NCBI RefSeq assembly: GCF_009914755.1
Contig: NC_060935.1
Origin: the human T2T-CHM13v2.0 reference genome, Homo sapiens
Direction: 5' to 3' (one strand)
DNA: 64,000 nt
Part shown: positions 50,690-64,000 of the stretch, in pieces
Position numbering within the stretch: the first letter of the stretch is position 1
Layout of the letters: the number at the start of each line of letters is the position of its first letter
Position numbers and translations under genes: made by a program
The notes under the pieces: generated by a model
Seen by the model: only the letters and a program-made list of their open reading frames with translations
Told to the model about the DNA's origin: nothing
The model's database searches: none

Positions 50690-52115
50690 ACTAGAACAAA
50701 TAGGAATATTTTCATGGAATTTTACCTATTTTTATAATTATTATTTCTTAAAGTGATTAAATGAGAACATGGATGAGTGGACTTCATATTATGACTAGCT
50801 TTACTATTTTAATTCACCTTGCATAACTACTGAATTTTGTCATTCTTGAAAGTATGCAATTTTTATTTTGGTTATATTACAAAAATGTCAATCAAATATT
50901 AAAAAATAGTTAATGTGATAGAAAAACCTTACATATTTTTTTCTTATGTTTGTTTAGCGACTTTAGCAAAATGTTTTCATATAATCTCATCTGTTTACCT
51001 AGAAGATAGGTTAAGGAAATATATTATTATTCCTGTTTGATGTGGGTGAAGGCAGAGATCTAACCTGGCTTGTTTAGGGCCATACCACTAATTAGAAAAT
51101 CTGTACTAGAACCTGTGTCTTATTCCTACAAGCTATGTGTTCAGACTGAAACTGGAGAAATTATGACTATTTTATTTATAGTAGTAGTTAAATCTGAATG
51201 TGTATGGACAAAAATATTTAATTGCTCAGTAAACTGCTTAACTTCAAAGATAGTTATTAACCTTATAAATAAATATTTCAAAATTTTGATTCGGAAGACT
51301 AAGTCTGGACGTAGACATTATAATGCTATCAAAGAAGTTTGATCTCTGTTTTGACTAAACTAGAGGAAAAATGATTGGATGTGTTTATTCTTTTCTAAGC
51401 AGAATGGTTTAACTTTGTACTCTTTGAAAAATAATGCTGATTTATAAATCTCTGCCTATAACAGAATGGAAACCTTATGAATGAATTGTGTTTCTCTGTC
51501 CTGAGCTGGAGAAGGGAATGAGCAGGCTGACACGTTGCACAGCCCCAGGTGGCGCCATTCTCTCACGCAAGGATGGGGCTGCAGGGTGAGCAGCGTGGGC
51601 TGCAGTGTGTCAGTCCCAGGAGTGAGGGAGTGGCAAGCACCACAGATTACCACGTATGTGTGGAAGACATTCGTACCCTTATCTTTACTATAAATAAATT
51701 CATAAAAGTTAACAAAGGGGTACACAGTATGGTCTTTGGAAATATAATAAAACATCAACTAACTTGGACTAATTGTGAGGAAGAGCAGAACAAATTAGTA
51801 GAAAGAGGTTATAAGACAATTGAGTTAGCTTCATGTGTATTATTGCAGCTTGATCATTTATATAAATATTTGTCTAGTACAATGCTTGACATACAGCATT
51901 GTGTTATGCCCATTGGGGACACAGAGGTGAACAAGACAAGGAATGCCATCAGGGAATTCACCTTTTATTAGGAAAATATAAAATATGTATGTATGTGCAG
52001 ATAATTTGCTTGAACTAAACTGACTAGTTCTGCTAAATAAGATTTTAAACTAATTCATATGTAAAAAGTGATTAGGAAGAACTTGAAGTATCATTTGATG
52101 CTTAATAACTATTGA

Positions 52116-52433
<318 letters not shown>

Positions 52434-52466
52434 TAACTATTGAATGCTTTCTATGTGGAGAGTGCT

Positions 52467-52857
52467 TGTCTTAATTTTCTGTTGCTATAATAGAATACCA
52501 CAGACTGGGTAATTTATAAAGAAAAGAGATTTATTTGGATCATGGTTCTGGAGGCTGGGAGGTCCAAGAGCATGGTACCAGCATCTGCTTGGCATCTGGT
52601 GACAGCTTTCTTGCTGCATCATTACATGGTGGAAGGGCAAGAGAATGCGAGTGAGAGCAAGAGGGCAAAATGATTATCCTTTTATCAGGAGCCCACTTCT
52701 GACATAACTAACCCACACCTGAGATAACGGCATTAATCCATTCATGAGGTCTCTGCTCTTAAAGGAGATCACCTCTTAAAGGACCCACCTTTCAATGCCA
52801 TTACACTGGCAATTTAATTTCAAGATGAGTTTTGGAGGGGACATTCAAACCATAGCA
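52467..52857 (-). mobile_element. MST-like MaLR solo LTR
   Basis: TGTCTTAATTTTCTGTTGCTATAATAGAATACCACAGACTGGGTAATTTATAAAG...GGGACATTCAAACCATAGCA. Confidence 0.88.
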
Positions 52858-53177
52858 GTGCTATAATTTTAAAGTACTTCAAAGCCAATTTATTCTCTTA
52901 ATTAGCTTCATTATTCTTGTCTTTGTGTGTGGATTACCTAAACTCTCCTTCCAGAGCTACTTTAATGATTATATTCAACCAAAGCACTCTAAAATTTAGA
53001 GTATAAATTGTCTTATATTTCAAATTAGAAAAGTTCAAATGAAGTTTAATTGTGTTATTTTATAAAACCTTCTAAAATTATTAAATGGAGGATATAATCT
53101 ATAATTGGTTTGTATAAAGGTGATTTTTCAGTTTGAAAAAATCCTTCTGTATTTTATATATGTGTGTTGTAGGTAAA

Positions 53178-53680
53178 TGTGTTGGTTTATCTATTGCTGC
53201 AAAACAAATTACCCCAAAACTTAGTAGCTTAAAACAAGAATCTTGTATTATTTCAGACAGTTCCTGTGAGTCAAGAATTCAGAGTACGGAGCAGGGATAG
53301 CTTGTCTCTGCTCCACAATGTATTAGGTCTTAAGCTAGATGACTCAAAGGCCAGGTTCTGGAATCATCTTCAGGCATATTCTTCATATGACTGGTGTCTG
53401 CTGTTGGCATCAGCTGGGGGGTCTAGGAGAAGATACTGGCTGGAACACCCACACGTGGCTTCTCTGTGTGGCCTGGACTTCCTCACAACCTGGCGCCTGG
53501 GTTCCAAGGGCAGGCATCCTCAGAAGAGCATGCATGCCAGGCAGAACTGGATCCTCTTTATGAGCTAGTTGTGGAAGTGACACAGTATCACTCCCAACTA
53601 TTCTTTTCATTAGAAGTGAAGCACTAAGTCTGGCCCATCATCAGAAGGGAGGGGTTTCCAAGTATTTGGAGATATCAGAG
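53178..53680 (-). mobile_element. MLT1-like LTR
   Basis: TATCTATTGCTGCAAAACAAATTACCCCAAAACTTAGTAGCTTAAAACAA...CACACGTGGCTTCTCTGTGTGGCCTGGACTTCCTCACA. Confidence 0.78.
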
Positions 53681-55209
53681 TAACTGTTAACTTATTGGCC
53701 CCTTATCTCCTGTGAATATTGGCCTTTTAACTAACAGTGTTCTAAACTTAAGAGGAGCTAGCTTTTTCTCTTACATTTGAAAGATTCTTGTGTCTGCTTT
53801 ATTATGATGGCTCACTTGTTTTATTCTATAACTCCCAACATTTTGCTTCTTGACTATTGATTTAAATGAAAGGAAAAAATAGCGGGCTCTCTTTCAATGC
53901 TGTGTAATTTTTTTTTTTTTTTACCTTTTGTAGTCATTTTTCCACCAAGAAAGGCATCTTCCTTTGGTATAGAGTTCTATGTAATTATTGGTTATGTGCT
54001 AATACTTAATATTGTATTTGGCTTTCACAGATAAAACCAACCTATAATTAAGTAATTCAGAACCACTGAATTTCTTAAGTGAGCTGTTCTAAGGAATTCT
54101 AAACCTTTTGCCTTTAACTGTGAAAATACTGTCTAATTTTTCTGTCTCAAAGGACAGCTTTCCAATTTTCTTACTAGCTATTTAAGTATCATATGATGAT
54201 CCATGTGGTCACTGTAGTGGTCATTCAACAGTTACTAGAACGATTATATTTACTTGAAAAGTTGTTTTCTAGGAGAGACTTCGACTATTCATATGTTTCC
54301 CCATCTTTTCTTTTTCTTCTTTTTCACAAATCTTTTAATTGTTTTTCCTTCCTTAAACTACCTGAAATTTTGTGGTAAGCCACATTTTGGATCAGAATTT
54401 GTTAGATGGCTTTATTTATAGCACAACTTATTGTTCTATTACCCAAAAAAATAGGAATAATGTATTTTACATTACTAAAACTTTATAAAGTAAATAAACC
54501 ATAGTAAGACATTCAAACATTACATATAAACTTTGTTTTCTATTAGAGAAATATTGAAGAGTAGAAATATGATCTTGGTTAGGCAATGACAGGATTCTTT
54601 TAATGTGTCAGTATGTCACATGATATCAAGTTATTTTTATCAGATTTTTTTCTGTTTATAATTTCTAGAATCTGAAAAATTAGAAAACCAGCTGGCAGGA
54701 GGAAGGCATGATCAGTAGCAGGCACAAATACATGTGGCTATAATAGAACAGAAATGGGGAGTTAAAGGATAATTTAAATCTACCAGTAGCAGCTTCCAAG
54801 GGGAGTTGATAGAAAGGATCTCACGGTGAGGGGCATCACTGCCTCAGTGACTGTTAGTAGTAAACTATCTAATAGAGGTCTCTTTCCTTTTTCCTTTGAC
54901 TCCCATTTGCTTATTATCTAAGATATTATTTGTCATGTAATTTTTAGACTTGATTTGATAGTAATACAAAATTAAGCAGAGCCTTTTGCCTTTCTGGCTC
55001 CCTTGCTTACTAGTCATTTCTGAAATCATCAGCACTCAGCTTGGTTTACCTCAGTGGCCTTTATCACTGTCTTGTCTGTCCCATTACTCTGCTTCAGGGC
55101 GCCCTTTAGAGCATTTACTACATATGGCATATGTAGCATGTACTCCATGTAGCAGTTAGCACATCAGCAGTTTTCATCATCAGTTTTTCCCTGATAGAAT
55201 AGCATCTAC

Positions 55210-55586
<377 letters not shown>

Positions 55587-56474
55587 TAGCCCACAGTAGG
55601 TATATAGTAAGTGTTTGAATTAATCAAATCCTGATCTTACAAGGAATCTGCTTCTAGCATTTGGCTCTGTGGCAGTCACTTGTTATGGATGGGACTACGT
55701 AAGCTCAATACAGACCAATATACTGAGCTTGCATCCCAACTAAACAGGAGTCAGGTATTACATAGGAATGTTTTTTTAAAAAATGAGGTAATTTCCACTG
55801 CATTGAAAAGGACAGTGTTCAATTCATCAACTTTTTTTTTTTTTTAACATATCTTGGAGGAAACCGCCTTCAAATGAGCTGAATACAGGTCCCTCTGCTA
55901 GTTTTGATCTTGTAGGTCAGTGGTTCTGAGGCATGAGTGCTAAAGGTCCTATAGGTGGCACATGGACTCCACCTTCCTGCATCACGTGTTTCCGTTGTGA
56001 TCATTCCTCCAGATGAGTGCTCCTCCATCACTGGGAAGCACCTGGCCTCATGCATTTCTGATAGGCCTTGGTGATGTCTTACCAGTCTTAGGCTTCCCAT
56101 GGATTCTAATGAGGATTCCTCAAGGTATGGGAAAGGGATAGGTGGTCCACAGAATATTCTCCCCAAGCAAGCAAGCCAAAGACTGAGAATTACAGAAAAA
56201 CACTTTTCTTAGTATTTTTAAATTTTAATCTTTTTCTTTCATACAGCTTTATTTGTTTCTTATCTGAACTCTAAGGACTGAATGAGACTGAGAGAGACAG
56301 CAAAGTCAGCTCTCTTACGTAGTAGGGGAAAAGCATCAAATTTATCATTTAAAGACCTGGATACTGTTTAAAAATTATCTGAAAATTGGAAATGAAGAAC
56401 TGCATGTCTCTTCAAAGTTGTATATAGAGGATTGTCTAACTGGGTCACTGAAGGATGACTTGATGTTTTATTAG

Positions 56475-56665
56475 GATGGGGGTTAACAAACTGTGTCGTA
56501 ATACAGTTGTATGGGAACACAACCATGCTCATTCATTCCTTACTGTGAATAGTTGCTTTCATACTACAGCAGCAATGTTGAAGAGTTGTGACAATGACCA
56601 CATGGCCTATAAGGCCTAGAATATTTGCTGTCTGGCTCTACGCAGTTTAAGTTTGCTGACCCCTG
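56475..56665. mobile_element. MER58A-like hAT-Charlie MITE
   Basis: GGGGTTAACAAACT...GGAACACAACCATGCTCATTCATT...AAGTTTGCTGACCCCTG. Confidence 0.72.
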
Positions 56666-57852
56666 TGCAAACTTCGTCAAAGGTAACTTTGACTTACTGC
56701 GTACTCTTGATTAGTACCCAAACTCTCTAAAGTTAGATATTAACTTAGAAAAAATTGATAAGTTTCAAAAAAAATTTCTCTTTGGTAGGGAAGGTAACTC
56801 CAAGAGTTAACGGTTTTCTTGCCTTGAAGGGCGTTATCCAGTTTTGTATCTATCTCTGCAGTCTTATTTCCCATTGACATTCTTTTTTCCATTGACTGCA
56901 TGTGTCAGTTTCTCATGTCCTGCTTTGAGCCACCCATTGTCATTCTGCAGGTCCCTTCATTAATGAATTAAATAAATCTTAGACACACGCTCACTATATA
57001 TTCCAATGAGAGTGTTTATTGTATGGAGAATTATATGTTGTCTCCTTGAGGCTTGGCAGTGCCTCTTGAATGTAGTCATTTAACCCTCTTGGGCCTCAGG
57101 TAACTTCTCTGTTAAGTGGAAATAATTATCCCCAGTACCTTAGCCAAATTACTGTCTCACCCAAATAATAATTGGACATAGTTTTGTAATTTAAGTTAAA
57201 AGATGTTATGTTTATGAAAGAGTTTTGTTAGCTGCAAAGCGCTATTTGTTGGATATTGCTTCTTGAAAAAATACAGATCTTAGGTATTAAAGAATAGGTA
57301 GAAGCCTGTTAGGTATGAATTATGAACAGATATTCGATTCTTTGACTTCTCCATTCAGAATAGTTATTTTTAAAAAGCAAATATGTAAAGATCTTTCTGC
57401 TCTTAAGCCTAACCACTCATCTGATGAGTGTACTGAAAATAGAAGTGGTTTATTGCAATATGTCAGAGAAGTATTCTACTGATAACCACCCATACATGAA
57501 ATCTTAAAGAAGTAGTTATGAGTTGGAAATTTCTAGGTTGTAATCAGAAGAGGGAGCAAATGACAGAATACAGCTGTGCATTGTTTGGAAGTGGGCTGGA
57601 AAGAATTCATTGCCTCTTTAATTGAAGAAAAGCAAAGAGTGACACTAATCAAAGTAAAAGAAGGGAAGTACTCATAGCTGAAAATGGAACTATAAATTGT
57701 TTGCTTTTTAGAGCAACATCAGTTCTTTGAAACCCATACAGTTCCTTATAATATTCCAAAACAAACTGCCATATGGAAACATGTTTAGAAAGGAATAATA
57801 GCACTCTACCCTCCTCCCCAGCCACTAAATTGAAACATACGTGAAAATTTAA

Positions 57853-58163
<311 letters not shown>

Positions 58164-58220
58164 AGAAAAAAAATTTTTAACACACTTTTTGACAGTGTGA
58201 TCTAATTTTTTGAAGTATGA

Positions 58221-58567
<347 letters not shown>

Positions 58568-60677
58568 AGAAACCATTCTTTGAACACAAGCAAATATACT
58601 TTGGAGAAAAATTTAATAATCCTGGCAGGGCTACATTCAACATAATTCTGTTATGGGGGAAGGCAGCATGCTTTGGCTGCTCAGTGAGCTATGTTCTGTA
58701 CAACCAAGTGAAATTGCTAAAAAAAGATTCTCCTGTATACAGTAACTTAAAGTGATGCAGTCTACTTAAGATCAGATCTGAGTTACAAAATCAAAAGTGA
58801 CAGCTCCTATGTTCTTTTAAAGTCCAATCTCTTTTTTTCATTGTTGTGCTCCAAATGCCTTGAGTACCTGATGTAGAGTAGGTGGCTAATAAATATTGGT
58901 TGAATTTCTTGAACGAATCTGTTATGAAAAGATCTACTTTGCTCATCTCTGTGCCCCAATAGCAGGAGCTTGAGGAGAAGGAGAAAATATTGGGTCAGAG
59001 CTTTTGATTAATATGTATGATTCTATTAAACGGGTTCACTAAACCAAAAAAGGCAAAGGAAAACAGTTAAACCAAGAGTTCTTGAGGTTAAAGTCTTGTG
59101 ATGATTAAAATCATCATCCTAAGATGATGATGACATAAACTTTCAAGTATTTTCCTGTCTTTATTGCTTTTGTAAGTTGGTCAAACTCTTCAGTTCTTTT
59201 AAGAAGACTGCCAGAATTTACAAAACTGTTGATGTACACAGTGGAATGGACATACTTTGACCCAGCATCCACGTCTACCAGCCTCTCCTTGCATGTCCTG
59301 AGGTGCACTGCAAAGTGGCTATACTTGTGAGATATATAGGTTTCTTTTATTTTAGAGGACAAAAGAGAGGGTCACCCTGGGAAGCTGACTTTCCTGGCTT
59401 TTCTTTCCTGCACCAGGGACTAAAACCTACGTCCAGCCATTGTGCCAGCTCTCAGTCAGCCAGCCTGTTACTTTTGGGCAGTACTCATTGCACAGTCTTG
59501 GAGCTCTTCTGCAACCCCGGTGAAACCCCATCATTTGGAGGCCATGGCCTCATCTTGATGTAGTTAAAGTACACACCTCAAAATGCCCATTATCAGGCTC
59601 AGAATCCATGCTGAGTGGCAGGATAACAGCTGATCACAAGGTATTAGTTATGAAACAACCTGTTGGCACTCTTCTGTCTCCATTATTACCCAACTTTTTA
59701 ATGCTATAAGTCCAATTTTGTGGATCAACTACAGCCTACCAAGACAAAAGTTGTTTGGAGAGAGAGCAAAGGAAAAACTGAGCAGGAAATAAGTAAGCCA
59801 ACAGTCATCACCTAATGCAACTGCACAGAAAGGCTGAAAAATATTTTAAGTCATTTCAAAATGTTTGTAGATATCAAAGAGACAAACCATCTGGGTGAAA
59901 TATTCCATTACTCTTCTTTCTTTTGTAGGGGCATTAATATTGAACTGGAAAAATCTCACCCCTGCCGAAGTTAACATACTTTGTACTTAACACCTCATTC
60001 AAAACTCTCAAGCAAGTTAAGTTCTAATTAGTAATAAAACTTAGAAGTGCATAGCCATTAATGTTTTTCTTTCAAACATTTGCCCATGAGGCTTGAAAAG
60101 GAGAGGAATCCCTCCCTGTCCCACTCATACTTCCTGCCAAAATATTAATTCCATTCTAGCTCCTCCCCTATGCCAGGAAAGTCATGCCCTCCTCATTCAT
60201 GTCTTTTTTATATATTCTACCCAGGTGCTTTACCTTCTGCCCTAATTCTCTGGGGTGCTCTGCCTACCCTCTCTCCTTACCTGAGTCTACGCTTTTCTTT
60301 GTCCTCTCCTTCGGGTAGTGCCTATGCTGCCTTCCTTTTCCAAGGTGTCTTCCATGCCTAGCCAAATACTGGCCTTGGATAGTTAGCAGGGGAGAGCTTA
60401 TTGGTAGGACTCCTTAATCTCGAAAGAAATGATCAGTTTGGTCACCTGAAAAACCCAGACTGGAGATTGGGGACTATGATTTGTTTGAGGAGGAGACATC
60501 CAAGAATGTTTAGGGTCAGTCTCTGAAGATCAGGTCACCTGTAAAGGCCATGAGGGACTGGCAAATGAGATTATGTCCCCTTGAGAGGAAGGAGGACTGG
60601 AGGGGACTGGAGCTGCTGTTTCACTCTAGCTTGCTATTTCCAAATAGCAGGGCAGGACACTATTTTCAGAATTTTAG

Positions 60678-61003
<326 letters not shown>

Positions 61004-61184
61004 ACCGGAACCTAAATTTTGATGTGAAATCTGATTTTTATATGTTCGCAAGGATTTTAAGTAGTTTCAGTTTGTTTTTAATATTACATGGGAGGAATAA
61101 AACATCCATGACAGATACAATGGGCTGCAACCTCTGGTCTAGAGGATCCCTTGGGAGGGGGTTAGTTGAGTCCTAATTTTTAAA

Positions 61185-61508
61185 ATTTTTATTTGTTTTA
61201 TTTTATTTTTTTTAATTAGAGACAAAGTCTTGCTGAGTGGCCCAGGCTGGAATGCAGTGATGCAATCATGACTCACTGCAGCCTTGACCTCCTGGGCTCA
61301 AATGATCGTCCTACCTCAGCCTCCTGAGTAGGTGGGGCAGGTGGGGCTACAGACATGTGCCATCATGCCCAGCTAATTTTTGTATTTCTTGTGGAGATGG
61401 GGTCTCACTATGTTGCTCAGGCTGGTCTCAAACTCCTGGGCTCAATTGACTTTCCGGCCTCAGCCTTGCATAGCATTGGGATTACAGGTGTGAGCCACTG
61501 TGCCCAGT
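61185..61508 (-). mobile_element. AluJ-like
   Basis: CACTGCAGCCTTGACCTCCTGGGCTCAA...GAGCCACTGTGCCCAG. Confidence 0.92.
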
Positions 61509-62704
61509 CTTGATTCCTAATTATTAGGACTTTGGTTGTACTCAGTGGGCTCTGAAATGTCAACAGGGGTCTTGGGTGAGTTTGAATTTCAAGGAACCTC
61601 AAAATTGATTATTTACCTCCTAAGGGATTCTCTGGTCTTAGGAGGCTGGCCAGACCTGGAGTGAACCCTGTAGGTTGACCATGGACTGGAACAGACCACC
61701 TAGTCTCTCTCTAGGTTATATGCCTGATTCTAAGGGGGCCTCTAGGCTACACAGGTTTCTGAAGGGTCTATGTCCCCTCCTGTTATCATGTGGAAAGGGC
61801 CAGGTGTGCCATCTAAGCTTAAGTCGTTAGGGAATTCTCTCTCCCTCAAAAACATTTTAAATAATCTCCCTGAGTCTTCCTTTAATTGGCCTTCTAAATC
61901 TTTAATAAGCCTGGATTAAAACCACCCTCCATTAGGATGATCAATCTGAAAACAAATTAGATCAATTCCACAAGTCCAAGCCCCTTCGTATAGCACATGA
62001 GAGATGCCGAGCCCTATAGCTTACGTTCTGATAATACAAACCTCCTTGTGTTCCCTGAATACGTCATGCTGTTTCATAACTCTGCATTTGCTTAGGCTGA
62101 GCTCTGACTGGAGCTCCCTCCTGCTCTGTCTTGGCCCAGCTCACTCAGTTATCTTTCAAGATGTCTCTGGGAAGTGTTCTCTGAACTTTCAGCTGGGATT
62201 ATATGTCTCCCCGCTTTTTGGGACCTCCCCCCGCCGGCCACAGGATATAGTTCCATCTTAGCCTTTGCCATGTTATAGTATATTGAGCCTGGTGGTGGGT
62301 GATTGTCTCTGCCGGTAAGCTGTAAGCACATCCTGTGTACCATCCAGCACAGAGCATGGAGTCTGACACCCAGTAGTCAGTCTATAATACCAAAATATTG
62401 GAAAGCAGAGAAGGTGCCTTCATGCTGCAGGGACAAGCCACATGAACACTTTTAAAAAAAGGAAACAGAGTCTGGACACCTCAAACTCAGGAAGGAGTTA
62501 TAGTGTGGGTAAAGAGGCCTAGGCAACATTATTTGTCCCTGGTTTGGACATGCCCTTTGTCTTGAAGCCCGTTAACTGTGTTTTGTATTTACTGACAGTT
62601 CAAGTTTTTCTCTTTTTTTTTTTTCATACTTTGGAAGGGCAGAGACATCTGATCTAATACCATCTGTGACCAAGGGAGGGAAGGTGGGAGGAAGGAAGAG
62701 AATA

Positions 62705-63150
62705 TCCATTTATTCACTTAATATTTCTGGAGCATCTGCTAGGTGCTGAGGATTCAGCAAGGACAAAACAAATGAATTCCTGCCTTTGCAGCTTCCTCTC
62801 CAGTGTGTGGGGGAATAGAAAATGAATAACAATAGACAGTTCCTTAGGTAGTGATAAGTGCTATGGAGAATGTAAAGCAGAGAAAAATGATACAGGTGTT
62901 GAGGGTGGGGAGCAAGGAGCTGCAGATTTTGAATGGGGTGGTCTCTGAGGTGGATGCCACAGGAAGGCATGCTCCGGGAGATGGCCTGGGAGGGCAGGGG
63001 AGCAGCAGGAAGGGTGGTCAGGAAGGTGAATGAGCAGGCAAGGGGAGTTTGCAGATGGTGCAGGCCCTGTAGGCCAGGGCAAGGGCTCAGCTTTTACTTC
63101 CATGGGATAGAAGCTACTGGAAGGTTTTGATAAAAGCAGTTCAGTGCTCT
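62705..63150 (+). mobile_element. L2 fragment
   Basis: CATTTATTCACTTAATATTTCTGGAGCATCTGCTAGGTGCTGAGGATTCAGC...GATAAGTGCTATGGAGAA is a typical L2 3'-end pattern; strand relative to consensus is uncertain. Confidence 0.7.
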
Positions 63151-64000
63151 GACTTACCATATGTCCAGCACTGTGCTAGGTATTCACACAAATGACCTTA
63201 TTTAATTTTGTAAAGTACCCTGCAAGATACATGGTTTTATCATCATTTTGCAAGTGAGGACTTAACACAGACCTTCTCCAAGATCAAATATGTAGAAACA
63301 TGGGGAGCCAGGAAGACTTAACCTCTGTAAGGCCTAGCTTTGACCTCTGTAAAATAGGAATGATGCCTATAAACCCTATGCAATTCTGAAAATCAAATGA
63401 TAATGTAAATAAAGAGAGTAGCAAAGTACTTGAGGAACTCAATAAACGTCAGTTTCCTTCTTTGTTCCAAGGCCACACACACAATAGCAAAGTGAACACT
63501 GGTTAGAAGATCTGCTCCATCTTCAGTGAACTCAGAGTAGGCACATCCATTGCACTTAATAGATTTTCGTTTCTTCCCTCCTTTCCCCTCCTCCTGTCTC
63601 TGGGTCCAGTTTCCTTATCTATATATTGAGACTATTGGTCTGCTCTCCAAGGCAATTTCCAGTTATAAAGTTCTTTATTGCTTCGACATTGTCTTAGCTG
63701 TTTGGTACACACCTTTCCTAATAGCTAGCAGAGGGTGATGCACACCGTGGGAACTTCATCAATCCCCAGTGATGATCTGAGAGGTGTTATGATAGAACAG
63801 GTTAAATGCCAGTGTCCTCTTCAGGTTTGACTGGGTCAGTGATCTTGTCAAAGGGGCATGATGAAGTGCCCCAAGGAGGTTCCTAGAGTTTCCGAAAATG
63901 GATGCAAAGTATGAAATGTCAATGCTTCTCCAGTGATGCTGGAGCACTTCTGCCTCTCGGATGTCATTCTTATTACTTTATAATTACCTTCTGACCTTTA

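Noticed and set aside
51596-51617. CAGTGT in a small stem in the 3'UTR as a possible iron-responsive element
   Set aside because: The bases flanking the hexaloop do not pair (G opposite G) and there is no correctly placed C bulge, so it is not a canonical IRE.
63740-63960. Moderately GC-rich unique stretch at the window end as a possible exon or snoRNA (TGATGA/CTGA boxes)
   Set aside because: Box spacing and terminal stem do not fit a C/D snoRNA, and there is no recognisable peptide or paired splice sites.

Overview
Primate (very probably human) genomic DNA containing the complete four-exon FDX1 (adrenodoxin, mitochondrial [2Fe-2S] ferredoxin 1) gene on the + strand. The CDS joins 18312-18496, 24017-24141, 45135-45264 and 50575-50689 (555 nt, 184 aa, all GT-AG introns), with a CpG-island promoter near 18.0-18.8 kb and a long 3'UTR carrying several poly(A) hexamers. 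Upstream lies a ~10.4 kb decayed class I (MER4-group, PRIMA4-like) provirus with a tRNA-Arg PBS, gag-pro-pol-env, PPT and an intact 3' LTR. It is interrupted by two Alus and a MER11 solo LTR, and its 5' LTR is reduced to ~37 bp fused to an LTR12 enhancer segment. The rest is mostly interspersed repeat (about 30 Alus, a full-length THE1, L1, L2, MIR, Tigger3, MER1, MER41, MST/MLT). I found no convincing new biological system. The best second-look items are the chimeric LTR12/provirus 5' end, the frame-preserving exon 2-3 cassette flanked by inverted Alus (possible stop-free circRNA), co-oriented CTCF-like motifs, a sense THE1 in intron 2, and a ~178 bp perfectly alternating purine-pyrimidine tract. 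Repeat subfamily names come from recall of consensus sequences, not a database search, and repeat boundaries are approximate unless a TSD is cited.
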